From a virus (taxonomy: Duplodnaviria; Caudoviricetes), in IMG/VR virus record IMGVR_UViG_3300043783_000043, positions 1 through 51,778 of that record: a stretch of 51,778 nucleotides of DNA. One strand, given 5' to 3'. The notes beneath the pieces were generated by a model. That model saw only the letters and a program-made list of their open reading frames with translations, had not been told where the DNA came from and did not search any database. The position numbers and the translations under genes are program-made. Positions 9,037-18,270 of the stretch are shown one piece after another. Every line of letters starts with the position of its first letter. Within the stretch, counting starts at the first letter, position 1.

Positions 9037-9468
9037 ATGAAACTTGAATTCGGCAGTATCGAGGAAGTGAAAGAGTTCGTAGCGGCGCTCAAAGGCACAC
9101 GCGGCAGGAAAGGCGATGGCGACGGCGAGGCCGGTCCGCAAGCTCCGGCGCCTGTGATGCCGCCGGCGCCGACCGCAGCTACCGCGTTCCAAGGCCCCAG
9201 CGCTGCGCAGGGCTTCATGCCCGCAGCGGCCCCCTTCCCGACCGTCGCGACGGCAAGTGACCCTATTGCTGCACTTGTTCACCGGATTAGCGCGGGCATC
9301 GACACGCAATTGGCACGGGGCTCGGACCCGAACAATGCGTTGACGTGGTTCCGTCAACAGTGCGGCCCGGAGGCCGCCACGGCCACGATGGATCAAATCA
9401 AAGCGGTGTTCCTGCCGCGGCTGCCAGTGCCGGCGCTGGAGAATATTGCGAAACTGACTGGCGCATAA
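9037..9468 (+). CDS. Hypothetical protein with Pro/Ala linker (143 aa)
   Basis: SD; position typical upstream of DUF2800/SSB/PolA modules. Confidence 0.75.
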   Translation: MKLEFGSIEEVKEFVAALKGTRGRKGDGDGEAGPQAPAPVMPPAPTAATAFQGPSAAQGFMPAAAPFPTVATASDPIAALVHRISAGIDTQLARGSDPNNALTWFRQQCGPEAATATMDQIKAVFLPRLPVPALENIAKLTGA

Positions 9469-9489
9469 AGCATGCTTTAGGGGCGTTCC

Positions 9490-10485
9490 ATGGGACACGA
9501 TATTTTCAACGCATCGTCCGCGGCGACTTGGCTCGAATGCTCATGGAGCGCCCTTAACGCCGTTCCAGAACCACCAAAGAAAGCGAGCACACTTGCCGCG
9601 GCCGATGAAGGCACGCGAAAGCATGGCGTTCTGCTGAATGACGCGAGCATGTTTTTCGGGGAGCTACCCGACGATGCCACGGACGAAGATTACGAAAACG
9701 TGGGTTGGGTAGCAAGCTACGTCAAGCAGCTCGAACGGGGCGCAATCCAGTTTGAATTGCGCGTAAAGATCGCAGATAACTGCGGCGGAACCGCCGACCT
9801 TTTCAACTCACATCCGAACATCGCTACAGTACTGGACGCCAAATTCGGCAAGTGGGACGTTCCCGCATTTCACAACAAGCAATTGCTGACATACGCCGCC
9901 GCGTTGCTGCCGCAGTGCAACGCTGAATGGTGGCGACTTGTGATCTTCCAGCCGAACGGCTTGGATGACGATGACGACCCTTTTAAGCAGTGGATTGCCC
10001 ACCGCTCCGAGGTAGAAGCACACCGGGCTCGTGTGCTGCGTGCTATCGCGGATCGCAGCGCCCCGAGGCCGGGGCCGCATTGCCGTTGGTGCAAGGCATT
10101 CCAGGCTTGTCCGGCGATGGCATCCGACGCGGCTTTCACCATAGGCGCCATGTCGCGCCGGCCGGAAGACCTGACAACTGAGGAACTGGTAAGATTGCTT
10201 CGACTGATTCGCGCCCTGGGGGACGTGAAGCCAGTCTATGAAGATGCTTTGACAGTTCAGTTGAAACTTGGCCGTGCGGCGGAGGGCGCTACGCTAAAGC
10301 CCGGCCGAAAATGGCGTTCGTGGAATGATGATAAGCAAGCGGCTGAATACTTACATTCTCGTTACGGAGCGAAGGCGATAAAACCCGTATCTCCGAAACA
10401 AGCTGAACAACTTGGCGTAGAGGGCAAAAAATACGCCGCTATTGCTGCTCACACTCCCGAAGCGGAATTAAAAGCGTTCTACTGA
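9490..10485 (+). CDS. Cas4-like PD-(D/E)XK exonuclease (DUF2800-like)
   Basis: SSAATWLEC, AADEGT, GGTAD, DAKFG, QLLTYA, GPHCRWCKAFQACP. Confidence 0.85.
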   Translation: MGHDIFNASSAATWLECSWSALNAVPEPPKKASTLAAADEGTRKHGVLLNDASMFFGELPDDATDEDYENVGWVASYVKQLERGAIQFELRVKIADNCGGTADLFNSHPNIATVLDAKFGKWDVPAFHNKQLLTYAAALLPQCNAEWWRLVIFQPNGLDDDDDPFKQWIAHRSEVEAHRARVLRAIADRSAPRPGPHCRWCKAFQACPAMASDAAFTIGAMSRRPEDLTTEELVRLLRLIRALGDVKPVYEDALTVQLKLGRAAEGATLKPGRKWRSWNDDKQAAEYLHSRYGAKAIKPVSPKQAEQLGVEGKKYAAIAAHTPEAELKAFY

Positions 10486-10971
10486 ATGACACCGCAACAA
10501 CGATACCGTGCAAAGCACCCTGATAGGTGTCGAGCTTCGCGTCGAGCGAGCTATGCGAAAAACCCATCGACAGAGCTTGCTAGCTCAGAATTATGGAGAC
10601 AAAAGAATCTTGCCAAAGTTAATAAAACTCGCCGCGAACTATACGCAGAAAACATTTATCAAGAACGCGCTTACGCGGCAGCAAAACAAGCGGCTCGCAG
10701 AGCAAATGACGGAAACGTGTTTACGGAAGATGACGTACATCTAATTTGGGAACTACAAAATGGACTTTGCTTCTACTGTGACGCAGAAACAAACGGCAGA
10801 ATAGAGCACACTGACCACTTCATACCGCTGATTTTAGGCGGCTCAAATGCTAGGTTTAATATTGTAATCGCATGTCAGCGATGCAACTGTAAGAAAGGCG
10901 GAAAAGCACCGCTCCAATTCATGGGCTTTGCTAAATTCAAATTTCCGCCTCTTTGGCACGAACAGGCTTGA
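10486..10971 (+). CDS. Free-standing HNH endonuclease
   Basis: CFYC...DHFIPLILGGSN...NIVIACQRCNCKKG. Confidence 0.9.
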   Translation: MTPQQRYRAKHPDRCRASRRASYAKNPSTELASSELWRQKNLAKVNKTRRELYAENIYQERAYAAAKQAARRANDGNVFTEDDVHLIWELQNGLCFYCDAETNGRIEHTDHFIPLILGGSNARFNIVIACQRCNCKKGGKAPLQFMGFAKFKFPPLWHEQA

Positions 10972-11033
10972 CTCTGGGTAGCGTAAAGCGTAGGCGTACA
11001 TACGTTGACAAACTGGCAAAAGGACTAAATAAC

Positions 11034-11885
11034 ATGGCAACCGGCAGACAGTATGAAGCAGCAACCGTGTTCAATGCGCGCATTGTTGACCTTCGCCACC
11101 TTTGGGTTCCCAGCGATACGTATCAAGGACAGAAAACGCAGAAGCCCAACTTTTTCGCATCGTTCATCGTGCGGAAGACTGCGCCACAATGGCACATGGA
11201 ACCGGCACTCGCGGGTATCGCCCAAGCGTGCGGTAACCTCTTTCAGAAAAATCCGCATATCGTGTCGTGGCCCGTCCAAGACGGTGACGTGCCGAGCCCC
11301 ACTGGCAAACAGTCCGAGCACATCAAAGGGCACTGGTTGTTTACCGGGTCCAGTAGTAACTCGCCATCGGTGGAGCTAGCGCAGCCAAACGGCACTCTCG
11401 TAAAGCTCGCGAACCGCGTCGGCGTGAAACCGGGCGACGTTGTGATGGCTGGCGTCACTGCGGCCGTCAAGCAGAACGACCCGCGCGGCGTCAAGTTGTA
11501 CCTCAATGCCGTCGTGTTCTGCGCTCCGGGCGAAGAAATCGTGTTCGCCAACTCCGTCAGTGGCGCGGAGCTGATGGCGCAGGCCCAGAAGCAGGGCTTG
11601 CGAATTGCCGGGTTTTCAGGCTCTCCAGGTTTCGGAGGCGGCGGGTTCGCACCCCAACCGGGGCCGTTTGGAGGGGCGCCACAGCCGGGTTTTACGCAGC
11701 CCCCGCAAGGGGGGTTTGCTGCGACACCGGGCAGCCCTGCACAACCGGGTGCACCGGCCCCGTCTGGAGCGGCCGCGGTTGGGACTGCATACCCTTCTAA
11801 CCCTGCTCCAGGCGGCTTCCAGCCGCCACCGGCATTCGCACCACAAGGCGGGGCGCCTCAACCGCAAGCGTGGCCGCAGCGATAG
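11034..11885 (+). CDS. ssDNA-binding protein (DUF2815/gp2.5-like) with Pro/Gly/Gln tail
   Basis: PVQDGD, GVKLYLNAV; lies between exonuclease and PolA; AAGGA SD. Confidence 0.75.
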   Translation: MATGRQYEAATVFNARIVDLRHLWVPSDTYQGQKTQKPNFFASFIVRKTAPQWHMEPALAGIAQACGNLFQKNPHIVSWPVQDGDVPSPTGKQSEHIKGHWLFTGSSSNSPSVELAQPNGTLVKLANRVGVKPGDVVMAGVTAAVKQNDPRGVKLYLNAVVFCAPGEEIVFANSVSGAELMAQAQKQGLRIAGFSGSPGFGGGGFAPQPGPFGGAPQPGFTQPPQGGFAATPGSPAQPGAPAPSGAAAVGTAYPSNPAPGGFQPPPAFAPQGGAPQPQAWPQR

Positions 11886-11902
11886 AGTTCCTCCCAGCCT
11901 TG

Positions 11903-11931
11903 GCCTAGGGTTCCGGCCCTAGGCTCTTTTT
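11903..11931 (+). terminator. Rho-independent terminator
   Basis: GCCTAGGG-TTCCGG-CCCTAGGC then TCTTTTT. Confidence 0.75.
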
Positions 11932-11946
11932 CTGAGGGGGCTTACA

Positions 11947-14769
11947 GTGATCCCCGATAGTCTCCTAGCTGACGTGGAAACTCGGTCTCGCGTCAATCTT
12001 AAGGCGGCCGGCGCGCGACGGTACGCAGCGGACCAATCTACGCAGGTTACGACAGCTACGTGGATATTTCGCGGCGTTTTAAAAACCGCATGTACAGTGC
12101 ATCCATTCCTAGGGACACACGAGATTCACGAACTCTATAGCGATATCCGGCAGTGCCAACGCTTTGTGGCGCATCATGCAAATTTCGACGTTAACGTGCT
12201 ACGGCGCCAAAATCCGTTCATTGAGATTCCGGTCTCCAAAATTGACTGTACGATGGCCCGTGCACAGTGCCTCGCACTGCCTGGCGGTTTGGACGAAGTA
12301 TGCACGGCACTCGGAATCCGCGGCAAAGACCCACAGGGTCGTGCGCTTGTCATGGCGACATGCAAACCGCAACGCAACGGAGCATTCAACGAAGATGTTG
12401 AAACGTACCGACGATTGCTTGCCTACAACGTACAGGACACGCGTTGCCTTCAAGAGGTAGACAGCCGGCTGCCGCTGTTGTCGCCTTCCGAGCGATTGAT
12501 TTTCGAGCGTACATGGCGGAAGAATGAAACCGGACTGCCTATCGATATTCATTTGGCGACCGCAATTGCGCTCCGGCGAGAGGAGATTGAACAAGAAACG
12601 ACACTGAAACTCATGGAGATCACGAGCAACGCCGTAACCAAACTGTCGCAGCGTCAACGCATTATCGATTGGTGCAATGGCGGAAACCGTGCCGCGGGCT
12701 TGACAGACACGCAAAAGCACACGATTGCCGACAAATTGACTGACGAAAATCTGCATCCCGATGTACGTCTAGTCCTAGAGCTACTACGAGACGAAGGAGG
12801 TTCCGCGCCGCTCAAAGCACAGTCGCTTTTAGACCGACACGTCGATGGCTGGTACAAAGATGCAACACGCTATTTCGGAGCGCGATCGGGCCGCGGCACG
12901 TCCGAGGGCGCCAATATGTTCAATATCGCAAGACCGTCCGGCAAGCACGACGGCAAAAATGGCCGCCCGTCAATCGACAACATAATAGAGCGGCTAAAGC
13001 AGGGGCACACATCGCTAGGCAATATCGCCCTGACAGATTGCCTCCGCGGCTGTATCGTCGCGCCACGCGGCTGGTACATCTGCAATAACGACGAATCAGG
13101 AGCCGAGCTGCGCATCGCACTGTGGCAGGCTGGCGATGGCGAACGTTTAGGCATCTTAGCCGCCGGTAAAGACCTTTACATGCATAACGCGCGAGTTTGC
13201 TTAGGACTTCCTGAAACAGCGACTAAAGACACGCACCCGAAAGAACGTCAAACATTCAAAAGCGTTACACTCGGGGGCAACTACCAACTAGGTTGGCGTA
13301 CGTACCTCGCATTTCTGATAAAAACCGCCGCAGAAAACGGGCTGAAGAAACACGAACTTACCGAAAACAAGGCGCGGACTGACATTGAAGGCTATCGCCG
13401 CGCGAATCCGCTGCTGCAGAAACTTTGGTCGGACCTGGCCGACGCGTTCAAGTTCGCGATCTACGAGCCCCCCGGCCGCATCTTCCCAGCCGGTAAGATC
13501 GCATTCCAGAAAGACGTACACGGTACGGTATGGATGCTGTTGCCGTCCGGCCGTGCCGTACCGCATTACTCGGCGCACATTACGCACACGGGCGAGATGG
13601 CATTCTTTCGTGGCAAGTTCGGTGCCATGCTTCGGCAAAAGGCGTTTGGCGGTTCACTTCTTGAAATATCATGCTTAGCAGGCGAAACAGAGGTACTTAC
13701 TGACGCAGGACTGAAAAGAATTGACAGTGTGTCTGATAACGATAGGGTGTGGGATGGCTATGAATGGGTTAGTCATGGGGGGCTGATATGCCAAGGAAGC
13801 AAAGCCGTCGTGGTAGTATGTGGAACCCACGTCACCCCGGACCATTTGATACTGTGCTCCGAAAAGGACAGTATGCAGACGTGGCGCGCCGCGGGCGCCC
13901 TGTCGCGGAGCGAATTGAAATTGGCGATCGGTTTGGCAATGTCGTCATTACCGGATGGGTCCCGCGTCACGAGGGGCGTGGGAAGCGCATGGACGTTCTT
14001 GTTAAATGCGATTGTGGCGGTCCAGAAGAAATTAAACGCCGCAGTGACTTTCGCAATGCGGGTTTCACAGGCTGCACAATCTGCGCTCGAAATTCATTCG
14101 ACAGGATGCACGCCGTTAACTCCGGCCGCGATTTGGGGCTGGCCAGGACAGTGCATAAGCGACTCGCACGCCAGCTATCGGACGCTGTTTCGAGGTGCAC
14201 AAACCCAAATACACGAAGCTGGCCGCATTACGGCGGTCGCGGAATTTCTGTCTTTTGGCTGTGGCGCGTCAAAGGCGGCACGCGAAATTTTATCGAGTAT
14301 GCTGCGACACTGCCGCACTTTGACAACCCCGCTTTTGAAATGGATCGGAAAGACAACGACGGGAATTATGAACCGGGAAACATTCAATTTATTAGTCGCC
14401 AAGCAAACATGCTCAATCGCAGAAAAATCGAAGATTTTGAAGCAATCCGTTCCGGTTTACGATTTGTTGGACTGTGGCCCTCGCAACCGCTTCATGATAC
14501 GTACGCGTGCGGGGCACTTTCTCTTGGTACATAATTGTCAATCCATGACACGCGATCTCATAACTGCGGCAGAGGCAGATATCGAAAACGAGCTGCCCGA
14601 CGTCCTCTTGCTTCTGGACGTATACGATTCTATTCTGGCCCTTGCTCGTCAAGAGGTCGCTGCCGAACGATCTGCACAAATGCGTGCAATAATGAAACGT
14701 TCGCGATCGTGGACCACCGGACTGCCACTGGACTGCGAAGGCTACGAGGGTAAAAGGTATTCGAAATGA
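11947..14769 (+). CDS. polA: Family A DNA polymerase precursor with intein (940 aa; 652 aa after splicing)
   Basis: Exo DVETRS, HHANFD, YNVQD; motif A DESGAELR; motif B RQTFKSVTLGGNY; motif C DVYDS. Confidence 0.9.
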   Translation: MIPDSLLADVETRSRVNLKAAGARRYAADQSTQVTTATWIFRGVLKTACTVHPFLGTHEIHELYSDIRQCQRFVAHHANFDVNVLRRQNPFIEIPVSKIDCTMARAQCLALPGGLDEVCTALGIRGKDPQGRALVMATCKPQRNGAFNEDVETYRRLLAYNVQDTRCLQEVDSRLPLLSPSERLIFERTWRKNETGLPIDIHLATAIALRREEIEQETTLKLMEITSNAVTKLSQRQRIIDWCNGGNRAAGLTDTQKHTIADKLTDENLHPDVRLVLELLRDEGGSAPLKAQSLLDRHVDGWYKDATRYFGARSGRGTSEGANMFNIARPSGKHDGKNGRPSIDNIIERLKQGHTSLGNIALTDCLRGCIVAPRGWYICNNDESGAELRIALWQAGDGERLGILAAGKDLYMHNARVCLGLPETATKDTHPKERQTFKSVTLGGNYQLGWRTYLAFLIKTAAENGLKKHELTENKARTDIEGYRRANPLLQKLWSDLADAFKFAIYEPPGRIFPAGKIAFQKDVHGTVWMLLPSGRAVPHYSAHITHTGEMAFFRGKFGAMLRQKAFGGSLLEISCLAGETEVLTDAGLKRIDSVSDNDRVWDGYEWVSHGGLICQGSKAVVVVCGTHVTPDHLILCSEKDSMQTWRAAGALSRSELKLAIGLAMSSLPDGSRVTRGVGSAWTFLLNAIVAVQKKLNAAVTFAMRVSQAAQSALEIHSTGCTPLTPAAIWGWPGQCISDSHASYRTLFRGAQTQIHEAGRITAVAEFLSFGCGASKAAREILSSMLRHCRTLTTPLLKWIGKTTTGIMNRETFNLLVAKQTCSIAEKSKILKQSVPVYDLLDCGPRNRFMIRTRAGHFLLVHNCQSMTRDLITAAEADIENELPDVLLLLDVYDSILALARQEVAAERSAQMRAIMKRSRSWTTGLPLDCEGYEGKRYSK
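13672..14535 (+). mobile_element. Intein (288 aa, residues 576-863 of the PolA precursor)
   Basis: Block A CLAGETEVLT, block B VTPDHLI, block F VPVYDLLDCGPRNRF, block G LVHN followed by Cys+1; removal restores GGSLLEIS-CQSMTRD. Confidence 0.93.
13788..14534 (+). CDS. HNH homing endonuclease in an alternative frame inside the intein (start ATG13788 or GTG13881)
   Basis: GDRFGNVVI, KCDCG, CTIC, RCTNPN...YGGRGI, DRKDNDGNYEPGNIQF...NRR. Confidence 0.88.
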   Translation: MPRKQSRRGSMWNPRHPGPFDTVLRKGQYADVARRGRPVAERIEIGDRFGNVVITGWVPRHEGRGKRMDVLVKCDCGGPEEIKRRSDFRNAGFTGCTICARNSFDRMHAVNSGRDLGLARTVHKRLARQLSDAVSRCTNPNTRSWPHYGGRGISVFWLWRVKGGTRNFIEYAATLPHFDNPAFEMDRKDNDGNYEPGNIQFISRQANMLNRRKIEDFEAIRSGLRFVGLWPSQPLHDTYACGALSLGT

Positions 14770-14987
14770 CGCTACGGTGGGGGACAAAAAGGACAAAAAC
14801 GCGTAAAATACTCAACCACCAACAGAAAAGGGAGGTCGCAAAAGACGTACTAAACGGAAGACCAGTGAAACAAGTGGCGGCGGTGTGGCACATATCCCTA
14901 TGTGCTACCTACAAAATAATAAATGAGTATACTGTACTGGCGCGCACGGAAAGATATCCAGATATTCACTTTAATTTGAGTGGTTAG
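14766..14987 (+). CDS. Small helix-turn-helix protein
   Basis: GRPVKQVAAVWHISLCATYKII HTH pattern; ATGA-coupled to polA. Confidence 0.65.
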   Translation: MTLRWGTKRTKTRKILNHQQKREVAKDVLNGRPVKQVAAVWHISLCATYKIINEYTVLARTERYPDIHFNLSG

Positions 14988-15616
14988 AAACCAAACTTGA
15001 GTCCGCTGAATAACGTCCCGAGCCCGCTACCGAAACTTTGATCGTTTTTCGCCTGGGCCTGCGCGATCTGAGAATTGGCGTACATCTGTGACGCATCCAT
15101 GCTTTCTTGCTGTCCGGTGGCCGTGGTGCCTACGCCGATCCCTTGGAACATGTTGGATAGCGCGCTTTGCAACTGCCCAAATTGCTGTTGGTTGCCCTGC
15201 AAATAATTGGTATACGCATTGTTTGCGTACGTGCTCGTAATCCCTGTGTTGATACCTGACAGCGCTCGCTCATTCGCCCCTGATAGCAACCCGCCATTGG
15301 CAGCCGCACTGCTGTTCTGCGCAGCATCGGCGACGCCCATTTCATACTTGGCAGCCGGCGACGTTTGGTAGTTCGACATGAATGTGTTGTAGTTCAGATT
15401 CGGGTCCGCGCCCGCAACGCCGCTGATGCGATTGATGGCGCTTGTCGCTGGGTTCAGAAACGATTGCCCGAATTGATTGTACGGTTGCGTTTGACCGATA
15501 AAATTGTTGGCAATGTTGCTGATGTTGGATTGCGCGGAGTTGAGGTCGCTCATTGCGAGGCCGGAACCGATGACGCCCCCAAGTCCTGAACCAAACGTCG
15601 ATAAGTCCATTGCCAT
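14984..15616 (-). CDS. DNA ejection/pilot protein (P22 gp7-like)
   Basis: Gly/Ser/Asn/Gln-rich; TQPYNQFG, SAAANGGLLSGA; start 15616 or 15610. Confidence 0.7.
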   Translation of the reverse strand: MAMDLSTFGSGLGGVIGSGLAMSDLNSAQSNISNIANNFIGQTQPYNQFGQSFLNPATSAINRISGVAGADPNLNYNTFMSNYQTSPAAKYEMGVADAAQNSSAAANGGLLSGANERALSGINTGITSTYANNAYTNYLQGNQQQFGQLQSALSNMFQGIGVGTTATGQQESMDASQMYANSQIAQAQAKNDQSFGSGLGTLFSGLKFGF

Positions 15617-15660
15617 CACCCTCTTGTAGTGTATGACACTTTCAGATAGGACAATCATAC

Positions 15661-15852
15661 ATGAGTCGCACCCGAAAGATCATGATTTCTGTGAGGCTCC
15701 ATGCCGGACTTGTGGACCGGCTGGACTACGTTGTCCGCAACACAGATGAGTGCAAAGCAACGCGGTCCTCTGAGATTCAGGAGGCTATAGAGGTATGGCT
15801 AAGAAGCCGCGAAGACCAGTTGCGAAAGCTGGGGCTAGAGCCCCCACGGTGA
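15661..15852 (+). CDS. Ribbon-helix-helix (CopG/MetJ-like) regulator
   Basis: ISVRLHAGLVDRLD...TRSSEIQEAIEVWL. Confidence 0.75.
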   Translation: MSRTRKIMISVRLHAGLVDRLDYVVRNTDECKATRSSEIQEAIEVWLRSREDQLRKLGLEPPR

Positions 15853-16193
15853 CTCGGAAAGTCAGCGAGCGGGAACTGCATTTCCACTGTCAGCAGTGGC
15901 TCGAAAAATCAGGCATCTGGGGCCGGCATCTGATCTTCCATGTTCCTAACGAACGTAAGGGTGGCATCGGCGCGATCGTACACTTTAAGCGCATGGGCGT
16001 CCGCCCTGGCGTCGCGGACTACCTTATGTTCACCAACCGCAATGCAGCTATCGAACTTAAAGACGACAAGGGCAAGCAGCGTCAAGGACAAGAGAAATTC
16101 CAACGTGATTGGGAACGCCTGGGGCACTTGTACTTTGTCGTCCGTACGCTGGAAGAGTTCCAGGGCGTCGTTACCGCCCTGATCTTGTTCTAG
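15849..16193 (+). CDS. VRR-NUC-like nuclease
   Basis: SERELH, FHVPN, GVRPGVAD, IELK, Q...F, YFVVRT. Confidence 0.85.
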   Translation: MTRKVSERELHFHCQQWLEKSGIWGRHLIFHVPNERKGGIGAIVHFKRMGVRPGVADYLMFTNRNAAIELKDDKGKQRQGQEKFQRDWERLGHLYFVVRTLEEFQGVVTALILF

Positions 16194-16828
16194 GGCGTAC
16201 GGTAGTGCACGACGCCCCCTAAGGTGGTCGCAGCCGCGAACACGCCGACACCCGTTGATTGACCGGCATGGCCGCTTCCCAGCTCTTGCAACGCTACGAG
16301 AGACGTGTTTGGCGCTACTATACCTGTTAGCGTCACGTAGCCGGCGTCAAGCGTAACGCCGCTCATGAAGTGGATTGTGCAGCCGCCATTGTCATTCGCG
16401 GAATTCACAGACGTGAATGGCAGCCCCGAAATTTGCATGCTGCCCGTGGGGCCGCCGAGCGCCGAAGTCGCCACCGAAAAACGCGCCGTAACCATGCGTC
16501 CAACTTTTTCCCAGGTACCCGACTGCAGTGTGTACGTGGGAGTACCGCCGAGGGTGCTTCCTTGCAGTGAGGGCACCCAAGCACCAAAAGAATACTGCGC
16601 TTGCAGCGCTGTAACTTCGCTGTTCAGCGTAGTAATTTCGCCATTGATCGTCGCAATATTCGCCGTGTTGGTGGCAACTTGCGCCGTTGTTGCCGGTAGC
16701 GTGTCAACGGCGCTCGGATCGATAAGCCCGGAAGTACTCAATACTGACTGTACGTCCAAGAGCCAACGGTTGAGCGTTTGAAACTGCTTACCGGTCAGGA
16801 AAGGCGGCGGCGGGAACTTAATCGGCAT
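16190..16828 (-). CDS. Tail-associated protein with short coiled coil and fibre-like C-terminus
   Basis: ANIATINGEITTLNSEVTALQ; GAWVP...GTWEKVGRMV...ISGLPF. Confidence 0.65.
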   Translation of the reverse strand: MPIKFPPPPFLTGKQFQTLNRWLLDVQSVLSTSGLIDPSAVDTLPATTAQVATNTANIATINGEITTLNSEVTALQAQYSFGAWVPSLQGSTLGGTPTYTLQSGTWEKVGRMVTARFSVATSALGGPTGSMQISGLPFTSVNSANDNGGCTIHFMSGVTLDAGYVTLTGIVAPNTSLVALQELGSGHAGQSTGVGVFAAATTLGGVVHYRTP

Positions 16829-16830
16829 GT

Positions 16831-18270
16831 TCAGTTCCCAGGCGTTATTTTCGCGAACATTTCGTCAATCGTAAACGGGGCCTGCGTGCCACTGTACTGG
16901 AGCCGGAACACTCTACGGCGACCCGTGCCCATTTCGCGTGCAATGGCACGTATCTGCCCCGTGCTTGATAGTGTAATCTGCCGCACGCCACGCCCTGCAG
17001 TTACAGGGAAAATTTCGGACCAATCAAGTTGAAGCGTGCCAGCCACGGGACCCATTGATGAGGCAATATCGATCGAATCGAATGTCTGCCGCGATTCTTG
17101 GCTGCCTATCCACATAGTTTGAATGAGTCGGTTCATGGTGCCCGCGGGCTCTGATGCGCTATTCAGGTCCATTGCGCAGACGTGTCCCGTATCGAGCCCG
17201 ACGTACGTCACGCCCCCGTCGTGCTCTGTAGCGCAACGACTGGCATGATCTAGGCGACCACCCGGAGATTGCCGATACGACCACACGTTTGTCGTGGAGC
17301 ACAGCTCCACGGTCCACTGCCCCGGCAACGTCAACACATAAAAATCACTACCGCCCTGTCCGTACGTGTACGCGGTCAGCGTCGCAAGCACAGCCGTTGT
17401 GAGCCTCTGTAGCATCAAATCAAGCCATGGCGGTGATATTGCTTGGCCCCCTTGTCCCAGGCAGCCCCACACGCGGCGATCCGTGCCCACAAACATGATG
17501 GCATCGCGAATCACTGCAAGCGAGCCGCGGGCCGCGATGCCTACGGACAAAAGCGAGTTAGGATAGGAACTGAAAGCGAAATCCGTAGCGCCCCCCGGAT
17601 TGTACCACTGTTCGCACGATCGCGCACCGAGCGGCCACAGCACACGCCCCGAAACAGCCAAATCTACCAGCTTGTCCGCTCGCGCTTCCTTCGTTGCGAA
17701 GTTCGTTCCCGGTACGTTCGCCGGCTGCAGCGGAAGCGAGCTGAACATTTTGCTATCTTGATTCGCGTAAAAATCCGACGCGCCACCCCAAACCGTGAAG
17801 TTTTCCATGACTACAACAGCGGACGGATCGAAATTGATCGACGCGTCTAATCCGGCATTCACGACACCGCCGCCCTGCGTTGCCGTGTAGCCGGTTCCGC
17901 CTGGCGTGATAACGTTGGCGTTCGTCGCGATCACAAGTGCTGTACGGTCTTCCGCAAGCCGTATGATCGGCAACGTTGGGTTGACGGCCACGAAACCCGC
18001 CAAATGAGGTGTGCCAGTCTGTACGTCGTACCAAATAGAGCCGTCCGCATGCGCGCTCCAGATCGTTCCTAAAGCGTGGCACAGAGCAAGACACGGCGCG
18101 GTAGTAGGCTGTGACACAACGTCGAGCCCTGGGGCTCCCATGAAGCGCACGCCGGCTTCGCGGCCCTCTTTAGGATCGCGCGGAACGACTCGCACATTGA
18201 CGAGCTTTGCGGAGCCCTGATCTAAGTTTCCCGTGTCCAGGAACGAGCCTAAAATGTTGATTGCGGTCAT
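16831..18270 (-). CDS. Tail hub / DNA stabilization protein (P22 gp10-like)
   Basis: FATKEARAD, SCEQWYN, YTYGQGGSDFYVL, GTGRRRVFRL. Confidence 0.8.
   Translation of the reverse strand: MTAINILGSFLDTGNLDQGSAKLVNVRVVPRDPKEGREAGVRFMGAPGLDVVSQPTTAPCLALCHALGTIWSAHADGSIWYDVQTGTPHLAGFVAVNPTLPIIRLAEDRTALVIATNANVITPGGTGYTATQGGGVVNAGLDASINFDPSAVVVMENFTVWGGASDFYANQDSKMFSSLPLQPANVPGTNFATKEARADKLVDLAVSGRVLWPLGARSCEQWYNPGGATDFAFSSYPNSLLSVGIAARGSLAVIRDAIMFVGTDRRVWGCLGQGGQAISPPWLDLMLQRLTTAVLATLTAYTYGQGGSDFYVLTLPGQWTVELCSTTNVWSYRQSPGGRLDHASRCATEHDGGVTYVGLDTGHVCAMDLNSASEPAGTMNRLIQTMWIGSQESRQTFDSIDIASSMGPVAGTLQLDWSEIFPVTAGRGVRQITLSSTGQIRAIAREMGTGRRRVFRLQYSGTQAPFTIDEMFAKITPGN

Noticed and set aside
9490-10485. 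Cas4-like gene as part of a phage CRISPR-Cas system
   Set aside because: It sits in the usual exonuclease-SSB-PolA module 28 kb from the array; no cas1/2/3/5/6/7 seen.
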